From NCBI GenBank assembly GCA_963677925.2, contig CAXXYH010000003.1, positions 1,920,001 through 1,984,000 of the forward strand: a DNA stretch of 64,000 nucleotides, given 5' to 3'. Below the pieces are notes generated by a model, which saw only the letters and a list, made by a program, of their open reading frames with translations, was not told the DNA's origin and searched no databases. Source of the DNA: Spirochaetia bacterium (GTDB taxonomy: Bacteria; Spirochaetota; Spirochaetia; UBA9216). The translations under genes were made by a program, and so were the position numbers. Below, one piece after another: positions 41,463 through 52,876 of the stretch. Positions within the stretch are counted from its first letter, which is position 1, and every line of letters starts with the position of its first letter.

Positions 41463-43323
41463 TATTTTTACCCAGCATTACCAGAAGTACCGCTATATCA
41501 GAGGAGCGTACCCCTGAAATTCTTGAAGCCTGTCCGACTGAAACCGGGCGGATATTTCTGAATTTCTCAATCGATTCCTTCGATATTCCGGACAATCCAT
41601 CATAATCAAAATTTTCGGGTATTTTAAGGTTCTCCATTCTTTTAAATCGGTTAATCTGCTGCATCTGACGATCAATATATCCTTCATACTTGATATCAAT
41701 CGCAGCCTGCTCCACCCACTGCCGGTTTCGTTCTGCCAGCTCAGGTTCTATATCTATCAGATCTTCCGGGTTAAAATCGGGAATCCTCATCAGTTTTTCA
41801 AGGGTCTCACCAAGCCTGTCTTTGAAACGTTCTGTCATTTCGGGTGTCTTCTCAATATCAGCCTTTTTTATTCTGCGCTGGTTTAGAAGTTCCTTTATTT
41901 CATCAATACCCTGACGCTTTTCAACAAGACGGGCCATTGCTTCTTCAGTCTGCAGCCCGGCAGCGTAGCCCTTTTCCGTCAGCCGCATATCAGCAGTATC
42001 ATGGCGAAGGCATAAGCGGTATTCGGCCCTGGATGTAAACATCCGGTATGGTTCCTTTGTGCCAAGAGTAACGAGGTCATCAATCAAAACACCGGCATAG
42101 GCTTCTGCCCTGGAAAGAACCAGCGGATCCCTGCCCTGCAGATACATTGCAGCGTTTATTCCTGCAAGCAGACCCTGGCAGGCAGCTTCTTCGTAGCCCG
42201 AAGTACCGTTAGTCTGCCCGGCCGAAAAAAGTCCCTCGATCCTCTTTGTCATAAGTGCCGGGGTCAGCTGGGTCGGCTCCAGATAATCATACTCTACAGC
42301 GTAACCCGGCCGCAGAACTTCCACATGCTCAAGGCCGGGCAGCGTTCTCAGAAAGGCTTCCTGAACAGTCTCGGGAAGCGATGATGATATCCCGTTAAGA
42401 TACATCTCTTCAGAGTTCAGGCCTTCCGGCTCGACAAATATCTGGTGGCGCTCACGTTCAGGAAACCTTACAACCTTGTCCTCAATGGACGGGCAGTACC
42501 TTGGACCTGTACCTACTATTTTCCCGCCGTACAGCGGCGATTTATCCATGTTTGCACGGATTATTTCGTGTGTTTTTTCGTTTGTATATGTTATATGACA
42601 GCTCTGATCAGGACGCTGTACTGTATCATTTTCGAATGAAAAAGGCAGCATCTCCGAATCTCCGGGCTGGACTTCAAGTTTGTCATAATCGATCGAGGAG
42701 GAAGCAACCCTGGCGGGGGTTCCCGTTTTAAGACGCCCGACAGTGAATCCAAGTTTCCGTAATGAAAGCCCAAGCCCCAGTGCTGCGGGCTCACCAAGCC
42801 TGCCTGAAGACGTTTCATAGTCTCCTATGAAGATTTTACCCTCCATGAAGGTTCCGGTGGTCATTACAACGGTCCGGGAACGAAAGCGTCTGCCCCGCTC
42901 GGTAATTACGCCCTCGATCCGGTTTCCGGCACTGTTCAGGAGAAAATCGGTGACCGTATCCTGGAAAGGATGAAGATTTTTCTGAGTTTCAACCGTATCC
43001 TTTGCATAGCGGTTGTAAAGAAATTTATCAGCCTGCGCACGCGGAGCCTGTACTGCAGGGCCCCTTCTGCGGTTAAGTATGCGGAACTGTATCATTGTCC
43101 TGTCTATCAGCCGTCCCATTTCACCACCGAGAGCATCGATCTCACGAACGATATTTCCCTTGGAAAGCCCGCCAATCGAAGGATTGCAGGATAGCCGTCC
43201 TATTGCATCAAGGCTCTGCGTGATCAGCATTGTTTCAAAACCCATTCGGGCAAGTGCAAGAGAGGCTTCTATTCCGGCATGTCCGCCGCCTATAACTATT
43301 GCGTCAAAATCCCAGTCTTTCAA
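41455..43323 (-). CDS. mnmG: tRNA uridine-5-carboxymethylaminomethyl modification enzyme GidA
   Basis: [59 protein letters not shown]. Confidence 0.97.
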   Translation of the reverse strand: MKDWDFDAIVIGGGHAGIEASLALARMGFETMLITQSLDAIGRLSCNPSIGGLSKGNIVREIDALGGEMGRLIDRTMIQFRILNRRRGPAVQAPRAQADKFLYNRYAKDTVETQKNLHPFQDTVTDFLLNSAGNRIEGVITERGRRFRSRTVVMTTGTFMEGKIFIGDYETSSGRLGEPAALGLGLSLRKLGFTVGRLKTGTPARVASSSIDYDKLEVQPGDSEMLPFSFENDTVQRPDQSCHITYTNEKTHEIIRANMDKSPLYGGKIVGTGPRYCPSIEDKVVRFPERERHQIFVEPEGLNSEEMYLNGISSSLPETVQEAFLRTLPGLEHVEVLRPGYAVEYDYLEPTQLTPALMTKRIEGLFSAGQTNGTSGYEEAACQGLLAGINAAMYLQGRDPLVLSRAEAYAGVLIDDLVTLGTKEPYRMFTSRAEYRLCLRHDTADMRLTEKGYAAGLQTEEAMARLVEKRQGIDEIKELLNQRRIKKADIEKTPEMTERFKDRLGETLEKLMRIPDFNPEDLIDIEPELAERNRQWVEQAAIDIKYEGYIDRQMQQINRFKRMENLKIPENFDYDGLSGISKESIEKFRNIRPVSVGQASRISGVRSSDIAVLLVMLGKNNE

Positions 43324-43324
43324 A

Positions 43325-44713
43325 TTATTTACCTACACAAAAATTGGAAAACATATTGTTGAGTATATCAACAGAACTAACTTCACCGGTGATCTCACCA
43401 AGGGCATCAAGTGAAGCCCTCAGCTCCATAGCGGCTATATCAAGAGGCATACGGCCTTCGGCTGTTTCTACAGCCTTGCCGAGGGAGGCCGAAGCCTTTA
43501 CAAGCAGATCATACTGCCTTTGTGAATCAACTACAGTATCACCGTCAAAACTCCTGCTTCCGCAGGCTGCGTTAAGCAGCGCCTTCTCAAGCTCGGGAAA
43601 ACCTTCACCTGTAACAGAGCTTAAAGCTATGAATCCGTCCGGTACGCTGTTACCCGATTCGCCTTTACCGGCAAGATCAGTCCGGCTCCAGATTTTAATC
43701 GTCTTTCGGTCCTTTTCAAAACTCTCAATACGGGTCCGGTCCTCGTTGCTGATTCCGCTGACTGAGTCGACAAGATACACCACAATCGCCGAACCTTCAA
43801 TGACCCTTCCGCTGCGCCTTATGCCTTCAGCTTCTATAGGGTTATCCGAGTCGCGGAGGCCGGCGGTGTCATAAACCCGCATTGGAATACCGTCTATGGT
43901 AATCCATGATTCAATATAATCCCTGGTAGTCCCGTGTATTTCAGAGACAATAGCCCGATCTTCTTTGAGCAGCAGGTTGAAAAGCGATGATTTCCCGGCA
44001 TTAGTCCTGCCTGCAAGTGCAACAGGGACTCCTTCACGGTATACCTTGCCTACAGAATAGCTGTCCGCCAGCCTGTCTATCTCCGCCCTGATCGCGGTAA
44101 TATCTTCAGGTTTCAGCGGATATTCTGCAATCTGTCCGTCAAGTTCATCCTCAGGGTAATCAAGAAGAAGCTCTACAGACGAGAGCATATCGACAATATT
44201 TTTCTTAAAGCTGTTGATTCGGGCTTCCAGCATGCCGGCAAGCCTGTTCACTGCCAGGTTGTGGGCGCGGATTGTTTTTGCAGTAACAATCTCATGCACA
44301 GCCTCAGCCTTGGTCAGATCAAGCTTGCCGTTAACAAAGGCCCGCATGGTAAATTCTCCAGGTGCGGCGTCGCGGAAACCATTCCTGCGTAAAATGTCGA
44401 GGATGGCGGAAATAGCAGGAATTCCTCCATGGCAGGAGATTTCCGCACTGTCCTCACCGGTAAAGCTGTGAGGTGCACGGAATACCGAAATAAGGACCTG
44501 GTCAGCCTTTTTGCCTGTTTGCGGATCAATTATATATCCATATACAACCATGTTCCCTTCCGCGGAGGCAAGCTTGTCAGACGCGGAGAAAACCTTTGCC
44601 GTCATCTCAATAACCGAAGTTCCGCTTGTCCGGATTACAGCAAGTGCGCTTTCCTCCCATCCCGTGGCAAGGGCGGCAATGGGTTCATCAGTGGTATATT
44701 CAAGTTCATTCAT
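43325..44713 (-). CDS. mnmE: tRNA modification GTPase TrmE
   Basis: [40 protein letters not shown]-terminal FCVGK. Confidence 0.97.
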   Translation of the reverse strand: MNELEYTTDEPIAALATGWEESALAVIRTSGTSVIEMTAKVFSASDKLASAEGNMVVYGYIIDPQTGKKADQVLISVFRAPHSFTGEDSAEISCHGGIPAISAILDILRRNGFRDAAPGEFTMRAFVNGKLDLTKAEAVHEIVTAKTIRAHNLAVNRLAGMLEARINSFKKNIVDMLSSVELLLDYPEDELDGQIAEYPLKPEDITAIRAEIDRLADSYSVGKVYREGVPVALAGRTNAGKSSLFNLLLKEDRAIVSEIHGTTRDYIESWITIDGIPMRVYDTAGLRDSDNPIEAEGIRRSGRVIEGSAIVVYLVDSVSGISNEDRTRIESFEKDRKTIKIWSRTDLAGKGESGNSVPDGFIALSSVTGEGFPELEKALLNAACGSRSFDGDTVVDSQRQYDLLVKASASLGKAVETAEGRMPLDIAAMELRASLDALGEITGEVSSVDILNNMFSNFCVGK

Positions 44714-44795
44714 ACTGTTACAGAATAATCAAAAAACCGCTGATTATCAATCATGGTACTTAACACGCAGACTGACTGGGTGATAGTATTTTCAC

Positions 44796-45563
44796 ATGAA
44801 TATACTTCCGGGAGCCGAAAGGCCGCTTATCTTTGCACACAGGGGATATTCTTCAATTGCCCCTGAAAATACTCTGGCTTCTTTCAGCGAGGCCCTTAAC
44901 CGCGGTGTGCCCGGCGTAGAGCTGGACATTCATCTTGCGGCAGGCGGAGAGCTTGTAGTTACCCATGACGACAATCTGAAACGTGTTACCGGACTTGATA
45001 AAAAAGTCGAAGATACCGATCTTGCCGAAATAAAGAAGCTGGACGCGGGCGGATGGAAGGACGTAAAATATTCAGGCGAGAAGATTCCGCTTCTGGAAGA
45101 AGTTTTCGACCTGCTTGGCGATAAGGTCTATTACGATATAGAAATAAAATCCCGTATGCGCAGTGAATCGGGTATCGAAAAAAAGCTCTATGAGCTGATT
45201 AAACAATACAAACTCAACGAAAGATGCATAGTCTCATCATTCAACCCTCTTCCGCTGAAGTACTTCAAAAACTACAGTAAGGAAGTACCGACAGCTATCA
45301 TTTACTGCAACGATGATGAACTGCCCTGGTACCTGAGGCTTGGTGAGGGAAAGTGGATTGGAAATACCGATATACTGAAACCCGAACACGTCAAGATTAA
45401 CAGCCTTTCGATGTTCTTCAATAAGAGCATTGGAGGAAGGCCCGTACTGCCATGGACTGTGGATGATCCTGAAATTGTGAAAAAGCTTCTGTCAAAAGGT
45501 GTGGACGGAATCATCTCAAATGACCCGTCCGTATCATGTGCGCCGGTTACGGCAGCTCGTTGA
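44796..45563 (+). CDS. Glycerophosphodiester phosphodiesterase (GlpQ/UgpQ family)
   Basis: AHRGYS, PENTL, VELDIH, HDDNL, IEIKS, WTVDD, GVDGIISN. Confidence 0.92.
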   Translation: MNILPGAERPLIFAHRGYSSIAPENTLASFSEALNRGVPGVELDIHLAAGGELVVTHDDNLKRVTGLDKKVEDTDLAEIKKLDAGGWKDVKYSGEKIPLLEEVFDLLGDKVYYDIEIKSRMRSESGIEKKLYELIKQYKLNERCIVSSFNPLPLKYFKNYSKEVPTAIIYCNDDELPWYLRLGEGKWIGNTDILKPEHVKINSLSMFFNKSIGGRPVLPWTVDDPEIVKKLLSKGVDGIISNDPSVSCAPVTAAR

Positions 45564-47001
45564 CGAGTTTTTCACCGTAAATCTTTCCAAGGCTGTTGAA
45601 TGCGGCAGAGATTGTACCGGAGTTGTTCCCGCCTATGGCCCTTTTCTGTTCCGATGAACTGAAAAGGATCTTACCGGTTGCCAGTTCCACAGCCTTAAGA
45701 CTTCCGGTAACCTTTACTGTAAAAGCACCGTTTCCCTCTTCAAAACTGCTTATCTCGGCGGTACCGAATATCATCCGGTCATAGCTGTTACCATACTGAG
45801 CGTTCATCATATTGATAAGCTCAGTATCGTTTACAGCAGTCATTCGGTAGTCAACCGGTACCATATATACATCAAAGCCTGCCGCCGACAGCTCGGAGAG
45901 GATTCCGGCCGCAGTGTCGGTTTTATCCAGAGGATTTCCGCTGCGATCGACATCCATTACCATTATGCAGGTTGGAATTTCCACAGCCATTGAAAATACA
46001 TTGTATTCAAATACATAGCGTTTATTATTAACTTCCTGTTCAAGCCCGTCCACATACTTCAGCAGTTCAAACGGAACGTCTTCAAGCGGTTCCACTAGAG
46101 CACGCATATCAAGAAAAAAGGTGATCTTTTCCTTTCCGACAAAACCGGGAGCCGGAGAATTAAATTCAAAAACACCGTCCGCTCCTGTCAAACCTGTAAA
46201 TGTTTTCACTGTTTTTCTGCCGTTTGAGCGCATTTCCTTATAGCTGACAGTCACGGGCAGACCTTCAAGAGCCTTACTTCCGCCGGTGAGTCTGACCTTA
46301 AAGGACTCGGGGAAGCTTCGGTTTATATATGTCCCTTCCGGTGCAGATACAGGTTCAATCTCTATGCGGCTTACAGCCTGCTTAGCCTTGTTAATATTCC
46401 GTTCAAATTTGATCGCTGAATTTTCAAGCTTTGAAGTTGAAGCAGCCATTGCGGCTTCAAGATATTTTACTGCAGCACGGTAGTACCTTTCTTCGGAAAC
46501 AAGGGTATCACCCTCTGCTTCGGGACCTGAAATTGCCTCCTGCTTCTCTTTAAACAGAGCTTCCAGACGTTCCTTTTCTGCCTGAAGTGCAGCTTTTTCA
46601 TATTCAACAAGAACATGAACATTCACCCCGTCTCCTGATTCATCTATCCAGACTTCCCGAATCTTCATCCCCGTAATACGGGCGGATGAGTTCTCTTTAA
46701 TCACAGCTTTGATTTCAGATTCATATTCACCGTAGGCGTCACGGAGTTCAACACTGGTATCGGAACTGATATTTACATCAAGATACCGTGTGATATCTGA
46801 AAGTATTATCGATGATGCCTGCTCAAAGGCAAGGCCTGTATCACCCTCAGAATCGGAACCTATTCCGGTAAAGTAAACAAAGTCAGAATCATCCGCCGGC
46901 GGGCTTGTAACCCATTCCGGAGCCCCTGAAGTAGTTGCGCAGGAAATAATGAGAATAACCGCTATTGCCGAAACAGCTCCTTTAATCAGTCTTTTTATCA
47001 T
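45547..47001 (-). CDS. Lipoprotein with LPP20-like N-domain, Ig-like middle and CsgG/TolB_N-like C-domain
   Basis: Lipobox IIS-C; PEWVTSPP...YFTGIG; C-terminal LKAVELATGKILFS. Start ATG 47001. Confidence 0.7.
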   Translation of the reverse strand: MIKRLIKGAVSAIAVILIISCATTSGAPEWVTSPPADDSDFVYFTGIGSDSEGDTGLAFEQASSIILSDITRYLDVNISSDTSVELRDAYGEYESEIKAVIKENSSARITGMKIREVWIDESGDGVNVHVLVEYEKAALQAEKERLEALFKEKQEAISGPEAEGDTLVSEERYYRAAVKYLEAAMAASTSKLENSAIKFERNINKAKQAVSRIEIEPVSAPEGTYINRSFPESFKVRLTGGSKALEGLPVTVSYKEMRSNGRKTVKTFTGLTGADGVFEFNSPAPGFVGKEKITFFLDMRALVEPLEDVPFELLKYVDGLEQEVNNKRYVFEYNVFSMAVEIPTCIMVMDVDRSGNPLDKTDTAAGILSELSAAGFDVYMVPVDYRMTAVNDTELINMMNAQYGNSYDRMIFGTAEISSFEEGNGAFTVKVTGSLKAVELATGKILFSSSEQKRAIGGNNSGTISAAFNSLGKIYGEKLVNELP

Positions 47002-47005
47002 AAGC

Positions 47006-48370
47006 CTACATTCCCGTATCAAAGGTGATTGAATTTCTCCGCTGCATTACAAGGGTCAGGTTTTCAAGACCGGGTATCAGTTCTGCTGTATCATAAATCA
47101 GGTCTTCCAGCATTCCGATATCTCCAATCAATGAAACCTCATATATAGTTTCTTCCGGTGAATATGACAGCCGCTTGATATTTTTAACCTTCTTCTCAAC
47201 TTTCTTCGAAAAGTCTCTCATCACTGCGGAGTCCGGAGTATTTACTACATATAGCGTGTACTTGAATCCGGAAGACAGAGCCTTCAGAGTTTCCTCTTCG
47301 GCACCCGCTACAGCAGCAGACATCCCCTTGAAGGCTGCAGAAGTTACAGCATTGTTCAGAGCATCAGACTCTGAAACGGTGCTGAATGCGGGAGGATTAG
47401 TCTGGTAGACAGCTGAACCCCGGCCAATCGCAGTTGAGGCATCATAACAGTTCAGGGTTACAGAGGCGGTACCGTAGTATTTGCCGGCTTCTGTACTGCT
47501 GCTTGCATCAAGGGCCACTTCAATATAGATGTCGGCATTCAGTTTGTGTGCGATCCACTGTATAACACTTACCGCTTCACCTGTCTCTTCCTCATAAACA
47601 AGCCTCTGATCGTTTTTAATCCTCTCTATCTGATTAAGATCTATGTACTCAATCCCCTGCTGCTCAAGATACCTGTTGGCACTCGCAACAGCTGCTCTTG
47701 CAAGGTAGGGATTATTTTCTGTTTCATCATTGAAATAGACCATATAGGTCATTTCAGACAGATATTCCTTTATCACTGCCAGTTCATATGGAGTAACGGA
47801 TACATCGGCCGGAACAGTCTCGGGACTTGAGGTGCCTGCTTCACTGTTGCCTGCAGCCTGAGTATTCTCTTCGGCAGCACCAGCATTAACCGCAGGAGCC
47901 TTCTGATCATTTAATATGTAGACCCTTCCTGAAGTACCGTCAACCTGACCGCCGAATATGTCCCTGGAACTCAGCAGATCAGCTATGCTCTCAAGATTCA
48001 TCCGGACTCCGATCTGATAACTGAAACCGGCAGACTGCTCACTGCTTATAGTCTGCTGTGAATCTTTATAAATATAGGGCGAAAAGTCGGTTATACCTGC
48101 CAGCAGATCATCAAGCTCCTGCTTCTGAGCCTCATAGGCTGCAGTCTCAAGAAGATCCTCAGCCGTCTGCCTTACAGCAGACATTCTGGCGTTACGCATG
48201 GCCTCAAGCGCAGAACTGCCTTCGCCGTATCCGTAATAGACCGGCCTGCCGCTCTGGGCTCCAGCCTTACCGCTTTCTGTCGTTGTACATGAAAAAATTA
48301 TCGTAGAAAGAACTGCTGTGATCAGCAGAATTGCTGTTCTCTTAATGATGCTCATATTACGTATCTCCAT
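47006..48370 (-). CDS. Lipoprotein with LPP20/FlgT_N-like and CsgG/FlgT_M-like domains
   Basis: Lipobox IIFS-C; YGYGEG...AMRNARMSAV; YIDLNQIERIK...AHKLNADIYIEV...LNCYDAST. Confidence 0.62.
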   Translation of the reverse strand: MEIRNMSIIKRTAILLITAVLSTIIFSCTTTESGKAGAQSGRPVYYGYGEGSSALEAMRNARMSAVRQTAEDLLETAAYEAQKQELDDLLAGITDFSPYIYKDSQQTISSEQSAGFSYQIGVRMNLESIADLLSSRDIFGGQVDGTSGRVYILNDQKAPAVNAGAAEENTQAAGNSEAGTSSPETVPADVSVTPYELAVIKEYLSEMTYMVYFNDETENNPYLARAAVASANRYLEQQGIEYIDLNQIERIKNDQRLVYEEETGEAVSVIQWIAHKLNADIYIEVALDASSSTEAGKYYGTASVTLNCYDASTAIGRGSAVYQTNPPAFSTVSESDALNNAVTSAAFKGMSAAVAGAEEETLKALSSGFKYTLYVVNTPDSAVMRDFSKKVEKKVKNIKRLSYSPEETIYEVSLIGDIGMLEDLIYDTAELIPGLENLTLVMQRRNSITFDTGM

Positions 48371-48372
48371 AT

Positions 48373-49692
48373 CTACAGTTTAAATGTAACACCCAATCCG
48401 CCAAAAATCCCGCCGAAAGACTGGACCTGGGTCAGAATATCGGGCACAAGACTGAACCAGTAAGTATATCCGCCTTCAGCAAAGACTCTCATATTATCCG
48501 ATACCATCCAGTTCACCGCAAGCCCCATGGTTCCGCCGACATGCGTGAGGTAGAACTGCTCATCATCCTGAATGGGAACCAGTCCTGTTGCACCCAGTGA
48601 AATATTAGGCTCAATCTGCAGCCGACCGAAGTACCACATAAACTCACCTCCGCCATACACTGAAAGAGGCAGACCCGGCCAGTAATTGTTAGCTGTACCG
48701 ACACCTACAGGCACTTCAAGTCCGACAACAGGCCTGAGGCCGTAGAAGCCCCTTGAAGCGGAAGTGCGGACACCGACTGCTGCGCCTGAAAACTCAACGT
48801 CGCCGATAATGTCAAACATCCCCCGGACATAGACTGAAGCATCAGCTCCGAAGCGCGGGATTTCAGTCAGCTGATCGCCGGGAAAGACGCTCTTTCCGCC
48901 GTAAAGAAGCCTGCCGTAGGAGACTTCAGGCTGAACCTCACTGACAACAACAAGTCCTGAGACCTCATTAACAGTATGGCCGCTGGAAAGCTGCCTGGGA
49001 TTGATAACTGAAAACTCATCACCCTGCATTATGCCCATATCACTGCCAAGTTCAATGAGGACCCTGCCGCCCGGCATAACTTCAAGAATTCCGGTTTTCA
49101 GCCTGAACTCCTCGATAATCCTAATCTCATAATCCAGCTGGGTGGCTATCGATGATGAAGCTTCCTGAGCAGCCTCTCTCTGGCTGTCGCCGTTTCCGTA
49201 GGTATCGACGAGAAAGTGGGCAATAGTTCCGGAATCCTGAACCGATATAAAAGTGAAAGAAGTCTGAAGCTGTACTTCCCATTCTGTACCGTCCCCGGAA
49301 ACAGTCGATTCGTAGTATGTAAGAACCGGAATAACTATAATAAAAGACCCTGTCAGCCGCTGAAATTCGGCCTCTGTAAACGTTTCCTCTCCAAGGCGGT
49401 ACTTTTCATCAACAACAAGATTCGACTCATTAGCCTTCTTTATATATTCGGCAAATTCATCAACGCTGTCTGCGGAAAGCCTGTAATTCAATCCTTTGAC
49501 ATTAAACCTGCCCAGTTTGTTGAAAACAGAGACGATCTGCTGATCAACCATGCCCAGAGCCCCGGAAGGCACTGACCAGTCATAATAATTAAGAGCAAAG
49601 ACGGCTATTTCCTTTTTCTCGGAAACCTCCTGTGCTCCGGCTGCTGTAGTGAGCATCAATGCAGCAGTCAAAATGAGAAGTATCTTTTTCAT
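48373..49692 (-). CDS. Exported protein: CsgG/TolB_N-like + FlgT_C-like + predicted C-terminal outer-membrane beta-barrel
   Basis: SPI signal (AAGA-QE); IAVFAL...KLGRFNV; VLIELGSDMGIMQGDEFSV...VVSEVQPEVSYG; Gly/aromatic alternating strands ending GGLGVTFKL. Confidence 0.65.
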   Translation of the reverse strand: MKKILLILTAALMLTTAAGAQEVSEKKEIAVFALNYYDWSVPSGALGMVDQQIVSVFNKLGRFNVKGLNYRLSADSVDEFAEYIKKANESNLVVDEKYRLGEETFTEAEFQRLTGSFIIVIPVLTYYESTVSGDGTEWEVQLQTSFTFISVQDSGTIAHFLVDTYGNGDSQREAAQEASSSIATQLDYEIRIIEEFRLKTGILEVMPGGRVLIELGSDMGIMQGDEFSVINPRQLSSGHTVNEVSGLVVVSEVQPEVSYGRLLYGGKSVFPGDQLTEIPRFGADASVYVRGMFDIIGDVEFSGAAVGVRTSASRGFYGLRPVVGLEVPVGVGTANNYWPGLPLSVYGGGEFMWYFGRLQIEPNISLGATGLVPIQDDEQFYLTHVGGTMGLAVNWMVSDNMRVFAEGGYTYWFSLVPDILTQVQSFGGIFGGLGVTFKL

Positions 49693-49703
49693 ACACACAG
49701 CCC

Positions 49704-51617
49704 TTATAATTTAATTTCCGAACCGGCAGCAGTCATCGAACCGGAATCAGATGCTCCGGCAACGCTTAAACTTTTTCTTAAAATCAGTATATCACTTATA
49801 GGCAGATTATGCCGGTTTTTATTCCGGAGAATACATTCTATTCCATTGCTGTAATCATTTATATCGACAGGGATTGACTTATCCTGATAGATAATACTGC
49901 TGTTTTCCTCAGAAGAGACAAACTTGAACCGGTAGGCGCTTGTACCATCCTGCAGTTCCGGTTCAAGTTCAATTGTCACCGAGGAATCGGAACTGCCTGC
50001 CGGCTGAATACTGACAAGCAGGGGCAGATTCTCAGTAACCGAATCAATAGTAAAGGAAAATTCCTCTCCTGAAGGAAAAAGTACCGGAATTTTTGCGGCA
50101 CTTCCCGGATGCAGATACAGTCTGCTGTCGGTTATAAACGATTCCTCCATTATCGAAATGCTGCATTTTCCGGGACTGTCAAAGCCCTCGGCAAGAACGA
50201 CACTGCTTCCGAAAATTTTTTCCATTGAACGGTAAAACTGCAGAGGGTCTACGGCTCCCGAATCAGGACTGTTATAAATTCCGAATTCATCAACAAGGTA
50301 ACTGATTCTGCTTCCGGAGAAAAGCGAAGTGATTCCTCCGGGCTGCTCTGCAGCCGAAGGTTGACTGTCAGCCCCTGAATAATTTCTGAAAGTTTCGGAT
50401 GATACTAGAACACCGTTGCTGTAAAGGGCCAGGCTGAGGTATTCTCCGTCCGGCTTTACTGCGAGCGAAAGCTCCGAATGCATTCCGTCCTTGATGAGAC
50501 CGGGCTCACTTATCAATTCATAAACAGCATCTTCTGCCCTGAATTCGGCAGATAGAATCCCGTCCGAAGATATTTTTAGATGCAGTGTATAATTTTCATC
50601 ACTGCTGCGGCTGAAAAACAGAGTTTCACTGCTGAAATCTGCCTCACCCCATTCCGGAATTATTGATAACATAACCGAAAAAGGCTGCAGAACTCCCCAT
50701 TCCGAGGGCAGAATAGATTCACGGAAAGACAGCCCGGATTCGGGCTTGATAAGGTATCCGAAGACTCCCCTGTCAACATTCAGTACAGCCTCTCCATACA
50801 TAACTGCAGAAAGGCTGTCTGAATCACGCCCGGAATTAATAAAATTACCCCTGAAGTGATACAGACTGGTAAAATCACTGTCCGGACTGAACTCAAGATC
50901 AGCAGGAAGCTGGTCTGTTTTTACATAAACCGAAACATAACGTTTAACCGACGGCTCTTCAATGCCGTTTTCATCCTCATAATCTGCCGGATTGTAGGGA
51001 TACAGCTCAGCCTGAAGGCGGTAGATTCCTTCGGTCTCCGGCGCCAGAAGATTTATTCTTTCAAGCCCGCTGGACAGATAGCCCTCGGCAATCAGCTCAT
51101 CCTCTAGCATCCATCGTACCCAGGCGGAAGCTTCCGGGCTTTCAAAGTCGGCAAAAACAAGGCCGCTGCTTCCCGGGTAAAAAACAGGGGGGAATGTAGT
51201 GATCGCTTTTATATAAAATCCTGATTCAGAGATAAAAAATACGGATCGGTCTGCAGCGAGTTCATCATCCTGACTGTAGATAAGAATTTCCATCATGTAC
51301 CGCCCGGACGGCAGATTATCAGGGATATTCAGCTCGGTATAGAAGTCATTCATGTAAGTTCCGCTGAATTCGGTTGCGTAAACCTCTTCTCCGTAGGAGT
51401 CTGTTATTGCAAGAGTAATGAAATCGGAAGGATGCTGATCATCATCAATATTGATCTCTATATCGAAGGACTCACCGGGAGCCGTCACAGTACTTTTTAC
51501 CGAAGTATTTATCACAGAGTCATCAGCATCCGAGAGCAGGCTTTCCACTGAGGAATTACTGCAGCCCGAAATAAAAATGAGCAGACTGCATACTATCCAC
51601 ATAAATTTTTCATGCAT
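49704..51617 (-). CDS. Lipoprotein with Ig-like and LamG/concanavalin-like domains
   Basis: Lipobox FISG-C; LYHFRGN, LALYSNGVLV, LVDEFGIYN pattern typical of LamG-like jelly rolls. Confidence 0.6.
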   Translation of the reverse strand: MHEKFMWIVCSLLIFISGCSNSSVESLLSDADDSVINTSVKSTVTAPGESFDIEINIDDDQHPSDFITLAITDSYGEEVYATEFSGTYMNDFYTELNIPDNLPSGRYMMEILIYSQDDELAADRSVFFISESGFYIKAITTFPPVFYPGSSGLVFADFESPEASAWVRWMLEDELIAEGYLSSGLERINLLAPETEGIYRLQAELYPYNPADYEDENGIEEPSVKRYVSVYVKTDQLPADLEFSPDSDFTSLYHFRGNFINSGRDSDSLSAVMYGEAVLNVDRGVFGYLIKPESGLSFRESILPSEWGVLQPFSVMLSIIPEWGEADFSSETLFFSRSSDENYTLHLKISSDGILSAEFRAEDAVYELISEPGLIKDGMHSELSLAVKPDGEYLSLALYSNGVLVSSETFRNYSGADSQPSAAEQPGGITSLFSGSRISYLVDEFGIYNSPDSGAVDPLQFYRSMEKIFGSSVVLAEGFDSPGKCSISIMEESFITDSRLYLHPGSAAKIPVLFPSGEEFSFTIDSVTENLPLLVSIQPAGSSDSSVTIELEPELQDGTSAYRFKFVSSEENSSIIYQDKSIPVDINDYSNGIECILRNKNRHNLPISDILILRKSLSVAGASDSGSMTAAGSEIKL

Positions 51618-51699
51618 ATTATCTGTTTCAGATTATACCGCTTTTAGATCCGGTTTTCAAATGCTTTTCAAGAAGCATATTTAAAGTTAGAATGTGCGA

Positions 51700-52828
51700 A
51701 TGAGAGCAACCAGAGCTGTAATTCATTCATCAAATCTGAAGTTTAATTTGGAAAGTATCCGGGATCTCACCGGCAAGGGCGTGAAAATATGCATGGCGGT
51801 TAAGGCTGATGCATATGGACACGGCGCGGAGGGAATCAGCCGTCTGGCGCAGGATTACGGTGTGGACTGTCTTGCTGTTGCCGCAGTGAGTGAAGCCGCT
51901 GAACTGCGATCCTTCGGAATAGAACTTCCAATAATTCTGCTGAGTCCGGCTCTGCCGGAAGAGACAGAAGAGCTACTTGAGCTGAATATTGAACCAGTAA
52001 TCTCTACCGAAGCAGAGCTTAACAGGCTCTCAGAGGCGGCGGACAGGAAGTCAGTTAGGGTCCATCTTAAAATTGATACCGGAATGGGCCGAATCGGATG
52101 CCACAGGGATGATGTTCTCCGCCTTGCCGATGATGATCAGCAATGCACCGGGGCTGGAACTCAGCGGAGTCTGTACTCATTTTCCGGTTAGTGACAGCAC
52201 TGCCGAAAGTGATATAGAGTTTACAAGAAACCAGATTAAACTTTTCAGCGACAGGGTTGAACTTATACGAAGCAGGGGCATAGATCCCGGAACCGTTCAT
52301 GCGGCTAATTCCGGCGGTATAATAAATTATCCTGAATCCCATTTTGATATGGTCAGACCGGGTATAATTGCATACGGCTATCTGCCCGGCGGAATGGATT
52401 CTGTAATAGAGCCTGAAAAACTGAATTTCATGCCTAAACCGGTAATGGGTTTTGAATCCAGGCTGATTCACATAAAAAAAGTGAGCAGGGGAACTGATAT
52501 CTCTTACGGCAGAAGGTTTACTGCAGAGGCTGAAACCTGGATAGGTACGATTCCGGCCGGATACGCAGACGGATACTACAGGCTGCTTTCAAACAAAGGT
52601 AAGATACTGATAAACGGAAAACTTTACCCGGTAGCGGGAACTGTATGTATGGATATGCTCATGGTAGATCTGGGACCCGATCCTGATGTAAAGCTCTACG
52701 ATCGTGCTGTTCTTTTCGGACCTGAAAACGGAGCAATGACAGCCGAGACTCTTGCTGAACTTATCGGAACAATCTCATACGAACTCACCTGTGCCTTATC
52801 CAAACGGGTGCCGCGAATCATCGAATAA
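51700..52828 (+). pseudogene. alr: Alanine racemase with one frameshift near 52129 (probably a sequence error)
   Basis: First frame: AVKADAYGHG (PLP Lys), HLKIDTGMGRIG. Second frame: CTHF, HAANSGG, VRPGI, ISYG, GYADG, VCMDM, GTISYE. Confidence 0.9.
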
Positions 52829-52855
52829 AAAAGGCCGTCCGATTGGACAGCCCTT
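52827..52855 (-). terminator. Intrinsic terminator between alr and the FecR-like gene
   Basis: Minus strand GGCTGTCC-AATC-GGACGGCC-TTTTTT. Confidence 0.7.
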
Positions 52856-52876
52856 ATACTGTAAGAAATTAAAAGC

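Noticed and set aside
40833-44795. Replication origin near mnmE-mnmG-rsmG
   Set aside because: No dnaA/parAB, no sizeable intergenic region and no DnaA-box cluster seen.
52073-52191. Programmed ribosomal frameshift in alr
   Set aside because: No slippery heptamer or stimulatory structure, and neighbouring genes carry many similar indels.
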